From assembly GCA_963817895.1 (NCBI GenBank), contig CAWFQB010000006.1, positions 160,001 through 224,000 on the forward strand: a stretch of 64,000 bases of DNA, given 5' to 3'. Source of the stretch: an uncultured Chthonomonadaceae bacterium. Lineage in GTDB: Bacteria > Armatimonadota > Chthonomonadetes > Chthonomonadales > Chthonomonadaceae. Position numbers and translations under genes: made by a program. Shown piece after piece: positions 9,127 through 17,788 of the stretch (positions are counted from its first letter, which is position 1; every line of letters starts with the position of its first letter). The notes beneath the pieces were generated by a model, which worked only from the letters and a program-made list of their open reading frames with translations, was not told the origin of the DNA and searched no databases.

Positions 9127-12100
9127 CAGCAATCCCGTTCACAATAAGGCGTGAGGAATACTCTTCTCCTGACGCTGCATAACCGCTTTCCGCAAGCGTT
9201 TCCACCTGGAATAGCTTGTGGAAAGCGGTTGTTTCTATTTGTTTTCACGAGTGGAGCGCGAATATTTTGCAGACTCCGGTAGACATACGAGGAGAACAAT
9301 CCGTGTCAACAGCGCAGGCCCTTGTAAACGTATGGTACACTTGTATTGGTTAATGCTTCCCTGCCTATTCTCCACATCTTTTCAGATGTTTTGCTATGTC
9401 TGCTCTAACCAGACCAAATCGGGAGTCGTTTATGTCAGCCAAAGTGCCATCTTGCAACAATCGTCTGCGGTTTCCCGTTCTCTGTTCTGTTCTGTATGGA
9501 TGTCTCACGCTTCTCCTGTCCGGCGCATCGCCTGTACATGCGCAGCGAGTACATCCCGCAAATCCCCCTCAACTGCAACAGCCGATTCCCATTCCGTCTC
9601 TGGAACAGCAGCTTTCCCGCCGCCTGCCTCCCCTCGTTCCGGGGCGCGTGACGCTGGAAGGGGATTTGCTGGTAGGATTGGAACCGGGCGCCAATGCGCA
9701 GGCATTTTCCAGGCGCATTCGCAGTCTGGGGCAGGTAGTTGGTTATTCGCCCGCGCTGCGCGTGCTGCGAATCAAACTCAATCCCACTGTGTCCGACAAC
9801 CGGGCGCTGACATGGCTGAAGCAGCAGAGCGAAACCACTTACGCGGAAAACAATCACCGCATTCAGGTCACTTCCACTCCCAACGACGCCAGTTATTCTG
9901 CGCAATGGGCTTTGCCCAAAATACAGGCCGATCAAGCCTGGGACATCTGGAAGCCGCAGGGACAGGTGGTTCTTGCCATTGTGGATACCGGCGTAGATTA
10001 TACGCATCCTGACCTGACAAACGTAATCTTCCGAGACACTGCCGGCAATGCCGTCGGCTATGATGCCACCGGCTCCGGGAGTTTCCTGGATGGCTATGGA
10101 CACGGCACACACGTTTCCGGCAGCGCCGCCGCACAAATCAATAACGGGGTCACGTATCAGTACACGGACAGCAACAATGTCGTTCATAGTTTTGGAACGG
10201 CGGGAGCCGTCGGTTGGAACGGAAATCTGAACCAATCCGACACCTCTCACATCAAGATCATGCCGGTTCGCGTGCTGGATAGCAGCGGCTCGGGATCGGA
10301 TGCCGAAGTGGCCGATGGTATCGCCTGGCGGCCGATCATGGCGCGCAGGTGATCAGCATGAGCCTGGGCGAACCGGAAGACCCTAATAATCCCGGCCCTC
10401 CCTCCACGCTCAACGCCGCCGTCCAGTATGCCTGGCACAAGGGTGTTGTTATTGTCGCTGCGGCGGGAAATGACGGGAGTACCGAACACTTTTATCCGGC
10501 GGCTTGCCCCAACGTGATTTCTGTTGCCGCGACAAATTCCGGTGACGGGCTGGCGGACTTCTCTAATTTTGGCGATTGGGTGAACGTGGCCGCGCCTGGC
10601 ACGGACATATACTCGACCGTACCCTCCTATTCCATCAACGGCAACCCGGCCTATTATTACAGCTATTCTTCCGGCACATCCATGGCAACGCCGCATGTCG
10701 CGGCGGAGGCTGCCATGCTCCGGGCGCAAAATCTGACGCTGACCAATCAGCATATCCGTGATTTGATTATTGGCAATGTAGACCCGCTTAATGGCGGCAG
10801 AACAATCAATGGCGGCCTCGGCGGGCGCGTAAACTTCTTTTCCGCATTGAGTTCCCTTTCCAGTTCTTCTGTTCGCATCAACAGTGGCGGTTCGGGGGCG
10901 GGCGCATTCTCGTCCGATCAGTACTACACGACACCGGGGCTGACGTACAGCACAGGCACGATCATGGACACGAGCGGTGTGATGAACCCGGCTCCGCAAG
11001 CCTGCTACCAGAGCGAACGCTTCACGCAGTCTGGCCCACTGACGTATGCGGTTCCCAACCTCACGTCCGGCAGCAGTTACACGGTGCGTCTGCACTTTGC
11101 CGAGGTATACTGGACAGCGGCAGGGCAGCGGGTGATGAACATCAGCCTCAACGGCAACGCTGTTCAGAACAACTTCGACCTTGTGGCCGAAGCGGGCGGC
11201 AGGTACAAAGCGCTCGTCAAGGAGTTCACCGCCGCTGCCGACAATAACGGAACCATGACTATCAGCCTGGGCAGAGTGCAGGGCGATCCCGCTCTCAACG
11301 CGCTGGAAGTGGTTGCCGGAAGCGCGCCTGTCGTAACCGCCAACTACCATATCAACAGCGGTGGTTCCGGGGTGGGAATATTTTCTGCTGACCAGTACTA
11401 CACGACACCGGGGCTGACGTACAGCACAGGCACGATCATGGACACGAGCGGTGTGATGAACCCGGCTCCGCAAGCCTGTTACCAGAGCGAACGCTTCACG
11501 CAGTCTGGCCCACTCACCTACGCTATTCCGAACTTGACCCCCGGCAGCAGTTACACGGTGCGTCTGCACTTTGCCGAGGTATACTGGACAGCGGCAGGGC
11601 AGCGGGTGATGAACATCAGCCTCAACGGCAACGCTGTTCAGAACAACTTCGACCTCGTAGCGGAAGCGGGCGGCAGGTACAAAGCGCTCGTCAAGGAGTT
11701 CACCGCTACCGCTGACAGCAGCGGAACCATGACCATCAGCCTCGGAAGAGTGCAGGGGGATCCCGCCCTCAACGCCCTGGAGGTTGTGCAGGCCAGCTCA
11801 GGTGGGCCAACTCCTCCCCCCACGATTCCGGCAGCTCCCACAAACTTGACGGCGACAGGAGGAAGCAACTCCATTACTCTCGCGTGGACCGCATCTACGG
11901 GAGCAACTTCCTATAACATCAAGCGCAGCGCCATTAGTGGCGGCCCTTACACCACCGTTGCCACGCTGGTGAATACCACTTCCTATGTGGATGGCGGCCA
12001 GAACTACAGCGCATCCAACAATCTGGCAACCGGAGTTCGGTACTACTATGTCGTGACGGCGATGAACGCGGCGGGGGAAAGCCCCAACTCCAATCAGGCA

Positions 12101-13060
12101 TCGGCAGTGACGACGGGCGCATCTAGCGGATTAAGTTATCACATCAACAGCGGCGGTTCTGCCGTAGGCTCCTTCACCTCAGACGCATACTACACCACGC
12201 CGGGGCTGACGTACAGCACAGGCACGATCATGGACACGAGCGGTGTGATGAACCCGGCTCCGCAAGCCTGCTACCAGAGCGAACGCTTCACGCAGTCCGG
12301 CCCACTCACCTACGCTATTCCGAACTTGACCCCCGGCAGCAGTTACACGGTGCGTCTGCACTTTGCCGAGGTGTACTGGACAGCGGCAGGGCAGCGGGTG
12401 ATGAACATCAGCCTCAACGGCAACGCTGTTCAGAACAACTTCGACCTTGTGGCCGAAGCGGGCGGCAGGTACAAAGCGCTCGTCAAGGAGTTCACCGCCG
12501 CTGCCGACAATAACGGAACCATGACTATCAGCCTGGGCAGAGTGCAGGGCGATCCCGCTCTCAACGCGCTGGAAGTGGTTGCCGGAAGCGCGCCTGTCGT
12601 AACCGCCAACTACCATATCAACAGCGGTGGTTCCGGGGTGGGAATATTTTCTGCTGACCAGTACTACACGACACCGGGGCTGACGTACAGCACAGGCACG
12701 ATCATGGACACGAGCGGTGTGATGAACCCGGCTCCGCAAGCCTGTTACCAGAGCGAACGCTTCACGCGGTCCGGCCCACTCACCTACGCTATTCCGAACT
12801 TGACCCCCGGCAGCAGCTATACAGTCCGGCTGCACTTTGCCGAGGTGTACTGGACAGCGGCAGGGCAGCGGGTGATGAACATCAGCCTCAACGGCAACGC
12901 TGTTCAGAACAACTTCGACCTCGTGGCCGAAGCCGGAGGACGCTACAAAGCGCTCGTCAAGGAGTTCACCGTTACCGCGGACAGCAACGGAACCATGACT
13001 ATCAGCTTGAGCGGTGTACAAGGCGATCCTGCACTCAACGCCCTGGAGGTTGTGAAGCAA
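8208..13060 (+). repeat. six near-identical ~440-bp malectin-module repeats (approx. starts 8208, 8675, 10870, 11345, 12136, 12610)
   Basis: Long nucleotide-identical tracts, e.g. cagtactacacgac...tttgccga...aacaacttcgacc...gcgctcgtcaaggagtt, recur six times. Confidence 0.9.
9181..9230 (+). terminator. hairpin, probable terminator
   Basis: aaccgctttccgcaagc...gcttgtggaaagcggtt followed by a T-rich tract. Confidence 0.6.
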
Positions 13061-13063
13061 TAG
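9432..13063 (+). CDS. secreted S8 subtilase with 2 malectin-like + FN3 + 2 malectin-like domains; frameshift near 10328
   Basis: Catalytic motifs AIVDTG, HGTHVSG, AAAGN and GTSMATP; FN3 segment PAAPTNLTA...YYYVVTAMN; four malectin-like repeats. Confidence 0.9.
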
Positions 13064-13142
13064 ACCGTGTTTCACGGAGAAACGTAGCGTTTGCCTCAAT
13101 CTCGCACAAACAAACGTAAGAGATCGGCTCAATCTAATAAAC

Positions 13143-13184
13143 CAAACAGAACCCCACTCGAACGTTCGAGTGGGGTTCTGTTTG
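13143..13184. terminator. 42-bp perfect palindrome, bidirectional terminator
   Basis: caaacagaaccccactcgaac|gttcgagtggggttctgtttg lies between convergent genes. Confidence 0.8.
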
Positions 13185-13202
13185 TATCTAACCGAAACAA
13201 CT

Positions 13203-13919
13203 TTAACGCTTCAGCAGGTTCTGATAATGCTGTCGGAACTTGGTCACTTTGGGCGCGATTACGACGCGGCAGTAGCCCTGATTGGCGTTTTGCGCGTAGT
13301 AGTCCTGATGGTAGGATTCCGCCGGATAGAAGTTGGTAAAGGCCGTCACTTCCGTAACAATGGGGTTATCCCATATATGCTGCGCGTTGACTTCCTTAAT
13401 CACTTCCTGCGCGGCTGTTTTTTGTTCCTCACTACTGGTAAAAATGGCGGAGCGGTATTGCGTACCCGCATCCGCGCCCTGACGGTTCAGCGTTGTGGGA
13501 TCGTGAGTGGAGAAGAAAATGCGCAGCAGGTCGCTGTAGGTAATCACTTTCGGATCAAACGTGATTTGAATGGCTTCGGCATGGCCCGTATTGCCGCCGC
13601 ATACCTGATCATAAGTGGGTTTCTCAATGCGGCCCCCGGCGTACCCGGATACGACTTTGTCCACGCCCTTAAGTTCGGTAAAAATGGCTTCGGTACACCA
13701 GAAGCACCCCCCGGCAAGCGTGGCGATCTCCCGGCCTTGCGGCGCGTTCAGTTCGGTTGTTGGCAATGGCGTCATGGCGGTATTCGTTTCTGTAGATAGC
13801 GGCGTCTGATGGGCGCAGCCGCTGAATAAAGTGAAAAACGCGCCCGCAATCCCGGCGAGAAACCCTCTCCGGTCTGCAACAGCGCGTTCTTGATGTGTGC
13901 GGTTCGTTTCCGTTTGCAT
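13203..13919 (-). CDS. msrA: peptide-methionine (S)-S-oxide reductase with a Tat/lipoprotein-like leader
   Basis: Motifs GGCFWC, GHAEAIQ, HDPTTLNRQG and FYPAESYHQDY; leader RRGFLAG...FSGC. Confidence 0.95.
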   Translation of the reverse strand: MQTETNRTHQERAVADRRGFLAGIAGAFFTLFSGCAHQTPLSTETNTAMTPLPTTELNAPQGREIATLAGGCFWCTEAIFTELKGVDKVVSGYAGGRIEKPTYDQVCGGNTGHAEAIQITFDPKVITYSDLLRIFFSTHDPTTLNRQGADAGTQYRSAIFTSSEEQKTAAQEVIKEVNAQHIWDNPIVTEVTAFTNFYPAESYHQDYYAQNANQGYCRVVIAPKVTKFRQHYQNLLKR

Positions 13920-13987
13920 ACTCTCTTCTACTAAAAACCGGGTGGCAGAGTTAGCCGACACGTACCCTAATCGGCGTCTTTTATTAA

Positions 13988-14089
13988 GAGCCTATCCCAT
14001 CAGGCCGGGTACAAAGAACGTACCCGTCTGAGTGGCCTGCGGCCAAGCGTCCTTCGGACGCAAATGCAATCGCCTGTTGGGATAGGCTC
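13988..14089. mobile_element. 102-bp MITE
   Basis: 12-bp terminal inverted repeats gagcctatccca/tgggataggctc, TAA direct repeat on both sides, internal hairpins. Confidence 0.7.
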
Positions 14090-14192
14090 TAAATCAATCC
14101 CCAGGCTCGAATTACCGAAGAGACTATGGGCAAGGGAGTTTGCCAGAACCAGTTGACGTTCTCCACAAACCCGGCATGACGGAACTGTGCAG
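14089..14192 (-). pseudogene. orphan 3' fragment of a Uma2-family gene
   Basis: With one indel it reads HSSVMPGLWxNVNWFWQTPLPIVSSVIRAWGLI*, versus HSSVVPGLWINVNWLWQNPLPTQESIWQQWGLM* at the end of 17119..17742. Confidence 0.85.
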
Positions 14193-14193
14193 A

Positions 14194-14403
14194 TCAAGCG
14201 GCGCGACGTGGCAAGGATTCCGTGCTATGCCGCATCAGATACTCCAGCGTTTCCGCCTGCATTTTCTCGATCTCCGCTTTATATCCACTCGCCACATAGG
14301 GAAATTCTTCCGGTGTCGCCGTGACGCGCAATTGCGCTAAAATCTTTTGAAAAGTCACAATCCGCTGTTGCATACCTTCCAATTCCTGATCACTGCATAT
14401 CAT
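14194..14403 (-). CDS. small helical protein, 69 aa, coupled to the upstream nucleotidyltransferase-like gene
   Basis: MICSDQELEGMQQRI...; GGAG RBS; overlaps the upstream stop codon. Confidence 0.7.
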   Translation of the reverse strand: MICSDQELEGMQQRIVTFQKILAQLRVTATPEEFPYVASGYKAEIEKMQAETLEYLMRHSTESLPRRAA

Positions 14404-14851
14404 CGTTTCTCTCCCCAATGATTTCAACAATACCGCGCCGCGTCTGATCGCGCTTGATTTGCCAGTACGCGAGAAATTCCTCAACGGTTTCCAATATCAG
14501 CAGCGACGGGCGCGTATAAAAAATGCTCGCGCCCAACGCAACATCCGCCTGTTCATCGTCGAACAACAGTTTCGCTTCTCCTTCACAGGCTGTAACGTTG
14601 AAATCATCTCGCATCACCAGAATTACATCAACGTCATTCGGCGCATCCTTTGCGGTGATGTAGCTGCCAAACAATACGAATCGCTGTACTTTGCCCGTCG
14701 CATGCGCCAGATGATAGATACGCAACAGACGCGATGTAACCGCCTGCCGCTGAACACCGCCCTCGCCAAAACGCTCAACCACTTCCTGTAAGTTTGCCGG
14801 ATGAACGCCAGGCGGTAGGTCGCCAACCGCATTGAAAACAGGCAGAGGCAA
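14390..14851 (-). CDS. minimal nucleotidyltransferase-like protein (DUF6932-like)
   Basis: N-terminal GDLPPGVH and the pol-beta-type GS/DxD motif FGSYITAKDAPNDVDV. Confidence 0.75.
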   Translation of the reverse strand: MPLPVFNAVGDLPPGVHPANLQEVVERFGEGGVQRQAVTSRLLRIYHLAHATGKVQRFVLFGSYITAKDAPNDVDVILVMRDDFNVTACEGEAKLLFDDEQADVALGASIFYTRPSLLILETVEEFLAYWQIKRDQTRRGIVEIIGERNDDMQ

Positions 14852-15666
14852 GTGACTTCTCCTTATTCATAGACTGCTTCTATTTGTTGAGGCAGGAATG
14901 GTCACGGTGATTGTACGCTCGTTCCAAAACGCCCCGCCCTGTGCTTGAACGGACACACCTTTAATCTGTAATGCCTGCTGATAAAACGTGTGATTTGCCA
15001 GTTCGGTTTGCGTAAAATCAGTAGTTTCGCTGATGCCACGAATTGTGTTGTCCCTTCGTGTGTAACTAACTCTGCGTCAAGGCAGCCAAAAGCGGAAACA
15101 GTCGTTGATGCTTCCTCAGAAACTTTCGGTTATAGGTCTAAGACAGACACGGTTCATTCCTCAGAAGTGTACATAGCGTAACAAGGATAACTGAACTAGC
15201 CCCACAGACTACTGTGAAGCCAAAGAGGGAGGAACATGAACAGGGGAACAGCAAAGATCAGTGCGCAGCTCGTGCCTGGATTTGCTCCAGAGTTCGACTT
15301 CGTGGGTTTGCGCTGATAGCAAGCACTGTGATAGTAGCGAGTGACAGTAGTCGTGTAGGATTCACCATCACCATAAGTCGATCCTACCTGCGCCTCTTCT
15401 GTAACAGCCTTATCCTCAATCAAATAAAAGCCACAACTTCTGTCACAACTTCGACATATCAGTGGATGTCCACAAGTTGGACAAGAAAAGTGAAAGTAGT
15501 CTTCGTGCTGTCTTTTATGTTGAACTATATCCTTAACTGTAAACCTGTATTTACAGGTAGGGCAGGTCTGCTCCGGCGACATTTTGTTGTAGCAAGTATA
15601 GTGACCCCCTTTGTCAAGACAAATTTTCGTCATGTTTAAGGTGGTCGCCGCATCGGTTGTTTTGCT

Positions 15667-16520
15667 CTAGCAACCGAGCGCTTGTTGATACACTTGGGCT
15701 GGTGTTTTGTAGGCCAGCGCTTGGTGCGGACGCGCTTCATTATAGAACTGGAAGTAGCTGTGCAATCCGTTGTACACGGCTTTTGGCGTTTCGTAGCCTT
15801 TGAGATACACGTCTTCGTATTTGACCGTTCGCCACAAGCGTTCCACGAAGATGTTGTCCAGCGCCCGGCCTCGTCCATCCATGCTGATGGTAATGTCGGC
15901 GGATAGCAAGCGACCCGTGAACTCCTTGCTGGTAAATTGGACGCCCTGATCCGAATTGAAGATCATGGGCTTACCGCTTCCCAGAGCCTGATCCAGTCCT
16001 TCGCAGCAAAAAGCCGTGTCGAGCGTGTTGGACAATTGCCACGTCAGAACGAAGCGACTGTACCAATCGATAATGGCAAACAGGTAGACAAATCCTTTCT
16101 CTAAGGGAATATAGGTGATGTCGCAACTCCACACCTGATTGACTGCGTTTATCTTGACGCCGCGCAAAAGGTACGGGTAGATGGGATTTTCAGGATGCGG
16201 GCGGCTCGTATTCGGGCCGGGAACCATGGCCTGCAATCCCATAACCTGCATCAAGCGGGCAATCCGCTTCTTGTTGACAAGATGCCCGTCTTCGCGCAAG
16301 ACATGAACCATCTTCCGGTAGCCGAAGAATGGATGCTTGGTATACTCCTTATCTATGAGCTGCATGAGAAGCAGATTGAACGCGTTTTCACCTGTTGGCT
16401 GGTAGTAGTAGCCGGAACGCGACAGACCGAGCAGTTCACATTGACGCCCAATGCTCAGATGCGGATGCCCGACTTCCACGCGCTGCCGCAGCGTCTCAAC
16501 CGAGGCGACCTGATTTTTTT
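15667..16520 (-). CDS. IS3 transposase OrfB (DDE), joined to OrfA by -1 frameshift
   Basis: Motifs WSCDITY, IFNSDQGVQFTS and DNIFVERLWRTVKYE. Confidence 0.9.
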
Positions 16521-16786
16521 TTGAGCCAGTCCAGTTCAACCTTGAGTTGGCCGATCTGCTGGTAAAGTTGGGCTTCTTTCTCTTCCTGGTCTTTGGTGTC
16601 TTTGACGCGCTTATCGGCAAAGACCGTAGGCAAACTGTCGAGCAGTTGCTTTTTCCACTGCATCAGCAGATTGGGATGCACTTGCGCGTCACTGGCAATC
16701 TCGGCAAGAGTGTGGTTGCCTTTGACCACTTCCAAAGCCAGTTTTGCTTTGAACTCGGCAGAATAGCGTTTACGGATGGTAGACAT
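16496..16786 (-). CDS. IS3 transposase OrfA
   Basis: HTH segment RKRYSAEFKAKLALE; ends ELDWLKKK on an A-run slippery site at ~16514-16522. Confidence 0.9.
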   Translation of the reverse strand: MSTIRKRYSAEFKAKLALEVVKGNHTLAEIASDAQVHPNLLMQWKKQLLDSLPTVFADKRVKDTKDQEEKEAQLYQQIGQLKVELDWLKKKSGRLG

Positions 16787-17118
16787 AGTGGGTTCTCCTG
16801 TGTTTATTGTGACACAGCCACCACCTTAAACCACTGTCCGAATTCTTGGGGTCATTATAAAGTTTCACATACGTAGTGAAAGGCATGATTAATGTCGGAA
16901 GTTTGTTCAGGATTTGGAGGACAGATTTCAGTTTCGTAAATAGTGTAAGCTTTTAGATTTGTAACATTGCTGCTACACACATAACAACTTACGGTTCGCG
17001 ATATAACTCGGTGGCAATGCGGACAGTTTTCCAGCACTGAACTCATGGGCTTGTTACAAAACTGACACTGCTTCAACTCCGCCATTGCCTGCTCCTATGT
17101 TGATTGGCACTTGTGTGT

Positions 17119-17742
17119 TTACATCAAGCCCCACTGCTGCCAGATGCTTTCCTGCGTGGGTAAGGGATTTTGCCAGAGCCAGTTTACGTTGATCCACAAT
17201 CCCGGCACGACGGAACTGTGGTAAATTCCATTGGCGTCCGCAGGCACGAGTTTATATGCGCCATTTGCCTGCAACTGGTAGAACAACGCTTCCGTTTTGG
17301 CCTGATCCAGAACCCAGTATTCCGGTACGCCGCGCCGCTCGTATTCATCCCGCTTTGTGACGCGATCCTGCCTGCCGCTGCCGGGGCTGACGATTTCAAT
17401 GGCAAGGTCCGCAGGGCCATCGAGATAGGCGTTGCGCAAGCGATGCAGATTTGCGGTGGCAAGAAACAAAATGTCTGGTTCGCGTCCGGTGCTTGCGCCG
17501 ACTTTCATAAGCAATCTTTCGTAGAACACTTCGCCCAACTGATGCTTTTCCACGAGAAACGACAGCACATTCAGCAGCAAGCGTCCCAACCGTTGATGCG
17601 CCACAGTCACCGGACTCATGTATTCTACTTTCCCTTCGACAAGTTCAACGCGCGTATCCTCTTCCAGCATCAACGCCCATTCGAGAAACTCCTCGAACGT
17701 CATGCTGTGCGGAACCAAATCGCGTGGCATTGCAACGGTCAT
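17119..17742 (-). CDS. Uma2 family endonuclease
   Basis: Motifs ELVEG, EPDILF, GPADLAIEIVSPGS and GVPEYWVLD. Confidence 0.9.
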   Translation of the reverse strand: MTVAMPRDLVPHSMTFEEFLEWALMLEEDTRVELVEGKVEYMSPVTVAHQRLGRLLLNVLSFLVEKHQLGEVFYERLLMKVGASTGREPDILFLATANLHRLRNAYLDGPADLAIEIVSPGSGRQDRVTKRDEYERRGVPEYWVLDQAKTEALFYQLQANGAYKLVPADANGIYHSSVVPGLWINVNWLWQNPLPTQESIWQQWGLM

Positions 17743-17788
17743 GCTATTTCCTTTCTATCTCAGGCACAAGGCACTGGCAAATGAAGGT

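Larger units (their letters stand above)
15597..16859 (-). mobile_element. IS3-family insertion sequence, 1263 bp
   Basis: Terminal inverted repeats tatagtgacccc/ggggtcattata; 3-bp target duplication AAG at 15594-15596 and 16860-16862; orfA and orfB present. Confidence 0.95.
15196..17085 (-). pseudogene. Cys-rich multi-zinc-ribbon membrane protein interrupted by IS3
   Basis: Removing the IS and one AAG copy rejoins HYVCET|CYNKMSPEQTCPTC in frame, giving 207 aa with 7 CxxC pairs and a C-terminal hydrophobic helix. Confidence 0.85.

Noticed and set aside
8208..13060. Possible CRISPR array or DGR template/variable repeats
   Set aside because: The repeats are ~440-bp coding modules with no spacers. 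I saw no adenine-specific variation and no reverse transcriptase or cas gene.
6404..13132. Long antisense ORFs (604, 415, 440 and 317 aa)
   Set aside because: Shadows of GC-rich coding genes on the opposite strand; no independent motifs.
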